The notes under the pieces: model-generated
Told to the model about the DNA's origin: nothing
The model's input: only the letters and a program-made list of their open reading frames with translations
Database searches by the model: none
In this document: piece after piece, positions 8,794 to 16,159 of the stretch
How the letters are laid out: the number at the start of each line of letters is the position of its first letter
Position numbering within the stretch: position 1 is the first letter of the stretch
IMG/VR virus record: IMGVR_UViG_3300037114_000074
DNA from: an uncultured virus (IMG/VR IMGVR_UViG_3300037114_000074)
Taxonomy: Duplodnaviria > Heunggongvirae > Uroviricota > Caudoviricetes
Direction: 5' to 3' (one strand)
DNA: 22,845 bases
Translations under genes and position numbers: made by a program

Positions 8794-9606
8794 TTAAGCA
8801 CGCAGGAGACCTGGGATCACAGAGCGCGACGTGCAGCGGCAATTGATCAATTCCCCTGGTTGGATTCTTTTCCCCTCGTCTGGGTCATACCAGCCGTCAG
8901 CTATTTTGAACCGTACCTTGTCGCGGCCAGCCTTGACGTGTGACGGCCGCGGCACCTTCCCGGCATTCGAGTGTTGCCACTGAGCCTCCACAATTCCGAT
9001 CTCGGCCCGCCGCGCGTTCTCCAGCACTGCCTTTGATTTGGCCACCTGGTCCCGGCTGATAAAGGCCGCCCGTCGATAGGTCACGCCGTACTTCTTGCGG
9101 ATCTCGGTAGATAGTTCGCCCATCGCGCCGCCCTTCATAACCGAGCGCCACACCGCGCTCTGCACGTCCTTGGCGAACTCCTGCGGTACCGACTTGATCA
9201 ATGCCACGTTCTCGGCCACAACGGCACGGTACGCGCTCACCATGCGTTCGGTGGGACGGAAGCGCACGGTAAATCCTGCCTCGCGCATGCGCCTGCGGAT
9301 CGCCGCATCGGTATAGCGCTGCGATTGCCCGGCGAAACTCGCGGCGATGTCCTTGGCCATGTCATCGAAACGCTTCTGCCAGGCAATACCCCACATCCGC
9401 AGCATTCTGCGCAGCGTCACGATCGGGTCATCGTCCTGCGCCAGACGCTCTGCAGCAGGGCGGTAGTGCGTGGCGAGCTTGCGCAGAATGTCAGCGGCCA
9501 TGCGGCGGGCCATCTCCTGCAGGCGCTTGCGATAGGCCGCCTCGATGCCGGCGTTCGGATGCACCGGACGCAGGACGCACTCAGGCCGCGTCGCGCTTAT
9601 CGTCAT
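8794..9606 (-). CDS. Minor head / head morphogenesis protein (Mu gpF, SPP1 gp7 family)
   Basis: Start ATG at 9606 (MTISATRP), 270 aa. Motifs RAAFISRDQ, WQHS...PRPSH and PGELINCRC; directly after portal. Confidence 0.88.
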   Translation of the reverse strand: MTISATRPECVLRPVHPNAGIEAAYRKRLQEMARRMAADILRKLATHYRPAAERLAQDDDPIVTLRRMLRMWGIAWQKRFDDMAKDIAASFAGQSQRYTDAAIRRRMREAGFTVRFRPTERMVSAYRAVVAENVALIKSVPQEFAKDVQSAVWRSVMKGGAMGELSTEIRKKYGVTYRRAAFISRDQVAKSKAVLENARRAEIGIVEAQWQHSNAGKVPRPSHVKAGRDKVRFKIADGWYDPDEGKRIQPGELINCRCTSRSVIPGLLRA

Positions 9607-11050
9607 CGGACTCTCCAGCGGTGACGTCCTGTTCTTCAGGTGGCTCCGGCACATCGTTAACATCAATACTGGAGTACCCGCTGTCAGGATCGCGAGCTAG
9701 TTTCTCGCGCACTTCCTCGGGCCTGAGCGCGCCCATATCCACGTACGCCGTGGCGGCCGTGGCTTCGTAATTCTTGATCTCCGCGCGCGCCCGGCCAGTG
9801 ATCTGTTTGATCGGGTGGAAGTCGAACGTGATCGAGGGATCAACTTCGCCATAGAGGTCCATCTGCACGATGTCCAACACGGTCTTGACGTTGTCGCGCA
9901 TCACCGCGCCCTGCTCGCTGCGGTTCCAGTCGTGATAGACCTCGATCTCCCCTTCGCTCGAGGCGGAGAGGCCAGACGGGGTAATGCCGGTCAGCACCAC
10001 GAGCGGCAGATGGGTCGGGGCTGCCATGTGCTCCTGAGCCTGGGCCTGCAGTTCCGAGAGCCCGGCGAGTGATACGGTGAGCTGCTCCAGAAGCTCGCGG
10101 TCCTTGTCGGTGAGGAAGACGCCCTGGTTGTCACGGTCGCGGGCAAAGAGCTTGATGCGCTTGAGCAGTTCGGAGTCAGTTTCACCCTGGAGCACGGCCG
10201 ACATATCCGTCTGCAGGTTGATGATCGAGAAGTTGCTGATGAGCTTGTTGACGCTGCCAACAGTCTTCAGCCACCGATCCACGTACGGCTCGATCAGCTG
10301 CGACAGGGACACGCCGCCGAAGTTAAAGGCGGGCTTGAGTATGTCCGGGATCTCGTGCGAGACAAAGCGCAGCAGCCTGCTCTGATGCGTCTCGCGCCCG
10401 AGCACCATCCAGCTCTCAGGCTTGTAGAAGTTCGGCGCCGTCGGGTCATTCGCGTTCCACGTGAGAGGCGTTGTCCACATGGGCTCGATGTTCACGAAGC
10501 CTTTGAGCGTGCCTTTCTCGATCCCCTCGAGAGTCAGCGGGTCTTCGTGGGAGCCCTTGTCCATCTGCACGAACACGTGTCCGAGCCCGAAGTAGCCGTC
10601 ATGCAGCAGTGCGCGGCGGAAGATGTCCTGCACGTTGAGTTCGTCGAAGCGCAGCTCGATGTCGGCGAGCTTGTCTCCCTCGCCTTTCTTGCCGGTGCTC
10701 TTGAACTCGATCCACTCGCGCGTCATGTCCTTGGCGTGCGTCTCCACGGGCTGGCGGAACTCCGAACGCTGCGCGAGCATGGCCAAGTACGGATAGCCCG
10801 GGAAGAACAGCTCGAAGCCGACCCCGCCCGTGTTGAGGAAGCCGCCGTAGGGCATGCCGCCTGAGTCGTCCATCGCAATGACGGTGCTGGCTCGTTCGAC
10901 CTTTTGACGCCGCACCGTGAAGGGCACGCGCGGGAGTGTGAGCGGGCGGCTGCGATAGCCGTGGGCGGGCAGCGGAGTTGGTGAGTCCTGCGCCAGGAGC
11001 GCATTGGAAACCTTCATAGGCTTCGGCGCAGATTGGCGCTTGAGGGTCAT
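9581..11050 (-). CDS. Portal protein (DUF1073 type)
   Basis: 489 aa. Motifs FPGYPYLAMLAQRSEFR, DMTREWI, FYKPESW and LTGITPSGLSASSEGEI; between TerL and Mu-F. Confidence 0.88.
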   Translation of the reverse strand: MTLKRQSAPKPMKVSNALLAQDSPTPLPAHGYRSRPLTLPRVPFTVRRQKVERASTVIAMDDSGGMPYGGFLNTGGVGFELFFPGYPYLAMLAQRSEFRQPVETHAKDMTREWIEFKSTGKKGEGDKLADIELRFDELNVQDIFRRALLHDGYFGLGHVFVQMDKGSHEDPLTLEGIEKGTLKGFVNIEPMWTTPLTWNANDPTAPNFYKPESWMVLGRETHQSRLLRFVSHEIPDILKPAFNFGGVSLSQLIEPYVDRWLKTVGSVNKLISNFSIINLQTDMSAVLQGETDSELLKRIKLFARDRDNQGVFLTDKDRELLEQLTVSLAGLSELQAQAQEHMAAPTHLPLVVLTGITPSGLSASSEGEIEVYHDWNRSEQGAVMRDNVKTVLDIVQMDLYGEVDPSITFDFHPIKQITGRARAEIKNYEATAATAYVDMGALRPEEVREKLARDPDSGYSSIDVNDVPEPPEEQDVTAGESDDDKRDAA

Positions 11051-11190
11051 GAGAGCCCCACGGGCCCCATGTAGTTAAGCGCGATGCAAGCGAGCAGCCA
11101 GCCGCCGATCAGCGCCACAATTGCCCACGCGATCCAGTCCGACCAGTGATGGATTTTGGTGAAGCTGATCGAGTGGGTGGGGAGTTTCAT
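11047..11190 (-). CDS. Small single-TM protein (47 aa)
   Basis: MKLPTHSISFTKIHHWSDWIAWAIVALIGGWLLACIALNYMGPVGLS. AAGGA RBS; the stop overlaps the portal ATG. Confidence 0.6.
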   Translation of the reverse strand: MKLPTHSISFTKIHHWSDWIAWAIVALIGGWLLACIALNYMGPVGLS

Positions 11191-11378
11191 GCGTCCTTTT
11201 CATACTCCCATTTCAACGACCATGTTTTCGGAATGATCCCCAAAAGCGCGTTAGAACTGGCCTCATGTATCGACCAGTGTTCCATTCCTCATGTCTGCGC
11301 GACGACTAAACCGCTGTCAGCCGAAAATGTTTCAGCCGATACACCACTAGGTGGCGTCGCAATTATGCACATTTTCAT
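11187..11378 (-). pseudogene. 64-codon frame interrupted by one in-frame TGA (or two tiny ORFs)
   Basis: MKMCIIATPPSGVSAETFSADSGLVVAQT*GMEHWSIHEASSNALLGIIPKTWSLKWEYEKDA*. Coupled at both ends (TAATG, ATGA). Confidence 0.4.
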
Positions 11379-11611
11379 TACTGCACCGGCGCCCAGGTCG
11401 GCTTGCCTTGACACTCGATCCACGCGCCGCCGGTCGTGTAGATGCGCCCGTCGCGCAGCGTCCCGCCCCCAGGGTTCTGCGTGTACATCGCGGCGATTTG
11501 AGTTTTGCAGTCCTGCGCAGAGGCGTACTGCAGCGACCCAGAAGCGGTGCAATAAGCTTGCGTCGAATTGACGGGCATGCAGATGAAGATCGCGTAGATC
11601 ATGGCGTTCAT
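11378..11611 (-). CDS. Small Cys-containing hypothetical protein (77 aa)
   Basis: GGAGG RBS, ATGA overlap with the TerL stop, hydrophobic N-terminus, four Cys. Confidence 0.65.
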   Translation of the reverse strand: MNAMIYAIFICMPVNSTQAYCTASGSLQYASAQDCKTQIAAMYTQNPGGGTLRDGRIYTTGGAWIECQGKPTWAPVQ

Positions 11612-13230
11612 GCGTCCTCCGGTTCAGAGTCCAGCAGCGCGTCGCTGATGCGTATCGGACGCCATCGCGGTGCGAACAGGATCATCAGTGCGTCGGCCCG
11701 GTTGGGAGACAGGGAGCCGTCGGGCATTTTGTCCACCACGACCTTGCCGCTCGCCGATGTCTTCCACTGCGGCTGCGACAATTCGATGCAGAGCTTTTGC
11801 ACATCTGGGATCGCGCTCGACAGGCTGATGAGGCTGTCCGGATCATACTCCCCGCCGGCAACCGCACCGTGCGTATTGCGAAAGAGGTCGCGCAGGTGGA
11901 AGTACGCCTGCGCCTTAGCGTTCTGATAGCGGTCCTTGGCCTTGACGTCAGTGCCTGGCACCAGCCGCTCAGGCTCGAATACGGCCGCCGATCCTCTGAA
12001 GTCCTGCACCCGCACCGAACGCAACTGAAGGGCTGCCTTGCGCCGGGCGAGAATCCGCTTGGCATCCCCGCGCACCCCGGCACCTAAGCCGTCCGCGTCG
12101 TAGTCGAAGCCGTCGAGATTCAAGTCATCGCACAGCTGGAAGGCGCGCTCTGTAGTGGCGAAGATGTCGGAGTTCTTGCCACTCCACACCTCACACGCAA
12201 GCACCGACATGCCATGGCGGGCTGCAAAGCAGTTGAGGTCCCGCCCCTCGTCCGCCACATCCAAGGCCCCACGGCGCACGCCCGTGGGTGTGAGTTTGAG
12301 CTTCTTATCGGCATCGACCGCGGACTGCACCCACTCCTGAGGAATGATGACGCCCTCGATGGAAGCGGAGTAGTCCAGCTCGTACTGCGAAGCCCACACG
12401 ACCGGATCACTCGCCCCTTTTTTGGCATCGCGCCAGGCGTCGTCCTTGCGCAAGTCATCGCGGTAGTGGTACGTGAAGACGGGCACGCGACCTGAATGCC
12501 GGCGCATCCCGAACCAGTTCGACATGCCGTTCACGCTCGACCAGTCGATGCGACAGTCGGTAGTGGCGATCAGTGATTGTTCGATGAGATCCGGGTGTTC
12601 GGTGAACGCCGACTCGTCCACGCCATAGATCGCCTTGCGACCACCCAGGCCAATGCGATCCCCCGCCTCACCCGTGATGCTCGAGCCGGTAGCAGGAAAG
12701 AGCAACCGCAGGTAGAGCGAGTCCCGATTCACATCCCAGCCGTTGCGAAACTCCACCGGCAGCAGCGACATGAAAGCGCGCGCCTTGTAGAACAGCGTGT
12801 CTGGATCCCCGGTGCGGTCGAGTTTGTCCTCTTTCGCCGATCCGACACCAATCATCATGCCGTCGTGAAACAGGCAAAGCGTGCAGGCGAGCGCCATAAA
12901 GAGCCAGCTTGCCCCAACATCGCGGGACTTCTCGATGAGGGCCGATTCGTTGTGGCGCCAGCGCTCGACGATCCAGTCGACCAGCTCTCGTTGCTTGGGC
13001 ATCAGCACGAAGGGAAGCGTCGTCGGGCGCCCAATGGCGACGTTGCGCGGGTCTACGGTGCACCCAAAATCATTGATGAAATCCGCAGGGTGAGTGCGGT
13101 AGTAGACACGCAGCCCCGGCAACATGTCCGGATTAGCGCGTAGGCGATTGATGCGTTCGACCCGAGCCTGGACTATTGCCAGGTAGTTGGGCTCCTTCCA
13201 GTCGAACAACTCTTCAGCGCGCGCGTTCAT
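11608..13230 (-). CDS. terL: Terminase large subunit
   Basis: 540 aa. Walker A-like EKSRDVGASW, Walker B YGVDESAF, nuclease motifs ALDVADEGRD and SPNRADAL. Confidence 0.93.
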   Translation of the reverse strand: MNARAEELFDWKEPNYLAIVQARVERINRLRANPDMLPGLRVYYRTHPADFINDFGCTVDPRNVAIGRPTTLPFVLMPKQRELVDWIVERWRHNESALIEKSRDVGASWLFMALACTLCLFHDGMMIGVGSAKEDKLDRTGDPDTLFYKARAFMSLLPVEFRNGWDVNRDSLYLRLLFPATGSSITGEAGDRIGLGGRKAIYGVDESAFTEHPDLIEQSLIATTDCRIDWSSVNGMSNWFGMRRHSGRVPVFTYHYRDDLRKDDAWRDAKKGASDPVVWASQYELDYSASIEGVIIPQEWVQSAVDADKKLKLTPTGVRRGALDVADEGRDLNCFAARHGMSVLACEVWSGKNSDIFATTERAFQLCDDLNLDGFDYDADGLGAGVRGDAKRILARRKAALQLRSVRVQDFRGSAAVFEPERLVPGTDVKAKDRYQNAKAQAYFHLRDLFRNTHGAVAGGEYDPDSLISLSSAIPDVQKLCIELSQPQWKTSASGKVVVDKMPDGSLSPNRADALMILFAPRWRPIRISDALLDSEPEDA

Positions 13231-13709
13231 TGGCCGATGAGCTTTGCGTAAACTTTCATCGCGTCCACATCAGTCATATCGCCGCCGACTAAAGCGACGG
13301 GAATGGGTCCACCATTCTTGCCACTGTGTTCCAGCGACTGCTTGACGCGCCATTCCTCTGGCTTGCGATTGCTGAGCCACAATGTAGCCGCGCCAACATC
13401 AGGCGCCACGTGCTCAGTGTACGGAACCAACAGCGGCTGGCCATCGCTCTGAAAGATTTTCACCGCCGCATGCGAATATCCAACAGCGCGGTGAAAGAGC
13501 GAAGTCTCGACTCGATCATCAGCGGCTTCCTTGCCCACCTTCAGTGCCTGACAAAAATCCGGGTATTCCGCCTTCCAGCGATAGAGCGTGCGCACGCATA
13601 CGCCGAGTTCTTCAGCGACTTCAAAATCAGTCGAACCTTTCGCGCACAGATTTGCTGCGCGCTGACAGAAGTCGGGCTGATAATCCGTGGGGCGGCCGCG
13701 CTCAGCCAT
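13227..13709 (-). CDS. terS: Terminase small subunit
   Basis: Start ATG at 13709 (TAATG overlap), 160 aa. GRPTDY, HTH EVAEELGVCVRTLYRWK, WLSNRKPEEWR and EHSGKNGGPI. Confidence 0.88.
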   Translation of the reverse strand: MAERGRPTDYQPDFCQRAANLCAKGSTDFEVAEELGVCVRTLYRWKAEYPDFCQALKVGKEAADDRVETSLFHRAVGYSHAAVKIFQSDGQPLLVPYTEHVAPDVGAATLWLSNRKPEEWRVKQSLEHSGKNGGPIPVALVGGDMTDVDAMKVYAKLIGQ

Positions 13710-14506
13710 TACGTCCCCTGCTCCTGCAGCGCCTGCATCTGCACCTGCCATTGCGCGATCGACAGCCCAGCGGGCGTGGTGCCGTTGGCTTCGACGAAGT
13801 CCCCGTCGATGAGGCCGTACGCCTCATCCACGAACGCGGCAAAGAACGCCGGCGTCATGGTGTAGAAGTTTCCCCACGAGATCACCACGTAGTTGCCGGC
13901 GGCGTCGTATCCGCACAGCACCACGCAGTGGCCGCCGACGATGGTTTGGTCAGCGGACGGGTTGACGTCCCACACGGAGCCCGCGGCGGTAAGCCCGTTC
14001 TCGAGGAACGCAGGCACGTCGAAGCCGATGTAGGCAACACCGCAGTCAGCGATCGTGCGTCGCACGTCCTCGGGCTTGCTCGGGTCCACCTCCACGAATG
14101 CGGTCAACTCCCGTCCGTTGAACCCGGTCTTCATCCAGTACGTCAGCACGTCCTGCTCGACGCCGCCCTGGTCGGTGGAAGGGTCGGCAGTGTTATACCC
14201 GCACGCGCCTTCGTACAGCGCCAGTACCGCTGGGTCAGGCGGGGTCTGCATCGCCAGCAGCGCGTTGTACGTCCACACCTGGTCTGCGTGTCCACAACCC
14301 GCACACGTACAGTCGCCCAACGAATTATTCAACATGACCCCAAGGTTCGATGGCATGCCAGTGCCGTAATTTATGGCCGTCGGGATCGGCGGCAGCGTCA
14401 CGCCGGCAATGAGCGCAGACAGGTGAGGCACGCGAGGATTGCGAGTCCGGGGGAGCCGACCGTACTTCAGATTGGGATTTATATACTTAACTCCCACGGC
14501 GCTCAT
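13709..14506 (-). CDS. Papain-like (C1-like) cysteine peptidase
   Basis: Start ATG at 14506 (ATGA overlap), 265 aa. N..LGDCTCA (catalytic Cys), GGHCVVLCGYD (His) and ISWG. Confidence 0.75.
   Translation of the reverse strand: MSAVGVKYINPNLKYGRLPRTRNPRVPHLSALIAGVTLPPIPTAINYGTGMPSNLGVMLNNSLGDCTCAGCGHADQVWTYNALLAMQTPPDPAVLALYEGACGYNTADPSTDQGGVEQDVLTYWMKTGFNGRELTAFVEVDPSKPEDVRRTIADCGVAYIGFDVPAFLENGLTAAGSVWDVNPSADQTIVGGHCVVLCGYDAAGNYVVISWGNFYTMTPAFFAAFVDEAYGLIDGDFVEANGTTPAGLSIAQWQVQMQALQEQGT
14474..14501 (+). repeat. Left terminal inverted repeat
   Basis: GGGATTTATATACTTAACTCCCACGGCG. Confidence 0.9.
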
Positions 14507-15405
14507 GCGAACAGCCTTTCCTGCGTGAGCGTTGCCGGGAGACAGGCTGGCGAATACCAGACGCACTCTCTATCCGTGGTTTGGCCGCCTGAATACGTGA
14601 GACGACCGCGCGACCACTCCACGGCGTCCCATCCATCTAGCGCGTAATCGCCCTGATGTCCGCACAAGGCGATCCGCAGGTGCTCGTTCGCGCGTGCCCA
14701 TGCCTCGACGGCATCGGCAACCGCGCCCGCTTTGCCGTAAAGCGCCTCGTATGACCGATAGGGCGGGTCCAGGAATACCGCTGCGTCATCGCCGCCGAAG
14801 TGATTGTTTAGGCAACGCGACCAGTCACCATGCGTCACGCGCACCCGCTCAAGCCTGTCAGCGATCCGATGCAGCCACGCCCATGCTGTGCGCCCGCAGG
14901 AGGTCAGCAAGGCATCTGCGCCCCTCCCGGCATCGCTCGCGTGCGGGATTTTGCCTATGGCCTGCACGCCCATCCCGGCATTGCCCGCGTGCGGGATTTG
15001 GCCGAACCAATCGCACCACCCAGAGCCGATCCAGCAGCATTGCCCCCACAGCCACCACCCGGCGACCTTGGCATCACCGGGCCAGTCCGGGTCTTGCATC
15101 TCCGCGCCGATGCGGTCGCGCTGCGCCATGAGCCATCCGTGACGCGCGCCGAGGTCAATGTGCGAGACCGGGTAATCCGCCCATTCCGCAACCGCCGCCG
15201 GTTGATGCTTGACCGCGCGCCAGAAATTGGCGATGAAGCCAGACCCGTCGCACACGACTTCAAGCGCAGCCGGGCGCGGCGCAGCCAGCAGAACCGCCGC
15301 CGATCCGCAGAAGGGCTCGATGTATTGCTTAGGCGATCCGAGCCGCGCCCACACAGCCGCCGCGACCGTGCGCTTCCCTCCGAAATATGGGAACGGGCTA
15401 TTCAT
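14503..15405 (-). CDS. DNA adenine methyltransferase (Dam/D12 class)
   Basis: 300 aa. PFPYFGGK, SAM-binding YIEPFCGSAAV and catalytic FLDPPY in alpha-group order. Confidence 0.9.
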   Translation of the reverse strand: MNSPFPYFGGKRTVAAAVWARLGSPKQYIEPFCGSAAVLLAAPRPAALEVVCDGSGFIANFWRAVKHQPAAVAEWADYPVSHIDLGARHGWLMAQRDRIGAEMQDPDWPGDAKVAGWWLWGQCCWIGSGWCDWFGQIPHAGNAGMGVQAIGKIPHASDAGRGADALLTSCGRTAWAWLHRIADRLERVRVTHGDWSRCLNNHFGGDDAAVFLDPPYRSYEALYGKAGAVADAVEAWARANEHLRIALCGHQGDYALDGWDAVEWSRGRLTYSGGQTTDRECVWYSPACLPATLTQERLFA

Positions 15406-15418
15406 AACCCGCTGATTT

Positions 15419-15446
15419 CGCTGTGGGAGTCAAGTATATAATTCCC
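15419..15446 (-). repeat. Right terminal inverted repeat
   Basis: The minus strand reads GGGAATTATATACTTGACTCCCACAGCG. Confidence 0.9.
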
Positions 15447-15453
15447 TTCAGAT

Positions 15454-15633
15454 TCATGGCCGTCGTCCCAATATCCCGCCGTTGTCGGCGCGCAGCACAT
15501 AAGGCACGGGAACCCGCGGATGCGATATGCGCCAGGCGTGGGCTATCGGGTCAACCGCAGGGCCTGCCTTGGGTTTGAACGCCGTGGCGAAGCGGCCGTG
15601 ATGCCGAGACAGTGACTGTAAACGCATCGGCAT
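15454..15633 (-). CDS. Small basic hypothetical protein (59 aa)
   Basis: GGAG RBS; MPMRLQSLSRHHGRF...GILGRRP. Fills the gap, and its stop overlaps the ATG at 15457. Confidence 0.5.
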   Translation of the reverse strand: MPMRLQSLSRHHGRFATAFKPKAGPAVDPIAHAWRISHPRVPVPYVLRADNGGILGRRP

Positions 15634-15635
15634 GC

Positions 15636-15857
15636 CTATCTCCTGCGAATCGCGCGCGCCAACTGCAGCCGGTGCGCCTTGCCGTAGAGCTGGTAGAGAT
15701 CCACGCCGAGCTTGTTGGCGAGCTCGTGCAGCGTCCCGGCTTCGCGCGCGCTATCGTACTCCGCAACCAGCGTCGTAATCATCTCGGCTGTCCACATGCC
15801 TTTGTGCTCGTGCGTCGGCTCAGGTGCTGAGGTTTGTTCTGTCACGGCTTCAGCCAT
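15636..15857 (-). CDS. GcrA-like HTH DNA-binding protein
   Basis: WTAEMITTL...ELANKLGV......GKAHRLQL resembles the GcrA N-terminal domain (WTxE...IAxxLG...GKAHRLGL). Start approximate. Confidence 0.6.
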   Translation of the reverse strand: MAEAVTEQTSAPEPTHEHKGMWTAEMITTLVAEYDSAREAGTLHELANKLGVDLYQLYGKAHRLQLARAIRRR

Positions 15858-15859
15858 CC

Positions 15860-16156
15860 TCACTGCGTAGCCGCAGCCGCAAGCAACGCCGGCGCGCTAA
15901 CATAGCGATTCAGAATCACGTTGTTGGCCGCCAACTGTTCCTGCACTGCGGCCAATTCCACGCGCGTCATCTTCAGCTCGTATACCAGCCGCGTGAGAAC
16001 GACGTTGGGCTTGCGCTCAATGGCGTGGCGAAGTGCTGTGTCGAGGCTTGTCACTACGGATTCCAGCGCTTTCAGGCGCGCGGAGGTTGGGTCATAACGT
16101 GCGGCTCGGCGAATCGGCGTCGGTTTGGCATGCTTGGTCTGTTTGTGCGTCGTCAT
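15860..16156 (-). CDS. Hypothetical coiled-coil protein (98 aa)
   Basis: GAGG upstream; heptad-like helix; tiles the operon. Confidence 0.6.
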   Translation of the reverse strand: MTTHKQTKHAKPTPIRRAARYDPTSARLKALESVVTSLDTALRHAIERKPNVVLTRLVYELKMTRVELAAVQEQLAANNVILNRYVSAPALLAAAATQ

Positions 16157-16159
16157 CCA

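Larger units (their letters stand above)
14474..15446. mobile_element. Non-autonomous TIR cassette carrying a DNA methyltransferase (IS1595-family-like ends)
   Basis: 28-bp inverted repeats at 14474-14501 and 15419-15446 (25/28 identical), flanked by an 8-bp direct repeat TTCAGATT at 14466-14473 and 15447-15454. No transposase inside. Confidence 0.88.

Noticed and set aside
9581..11050. Anti-CBASS (Acb1-like) label sometimes given to DUF1073 proteins
   Set aside because: Size, motifs and position indicate a plain portal protein; no appended phosphoesterase domain is visible.
13544..14647. 367-aa plus-strand ORF and similar antisense or alternate-frame ORFs (e.g. 599..1747, 21924..22577)
   Set aside because: These are shadow frames of GC-rich genes, with no motifs or RBS.
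14465..15454. 9-bp target duplication CTTCAGATT
   Set aside because: The extra C at 15446 is needed as the terminal base of the right TIR. The 8-bp reading keeps both ends symmetrical (GGG...CCC).
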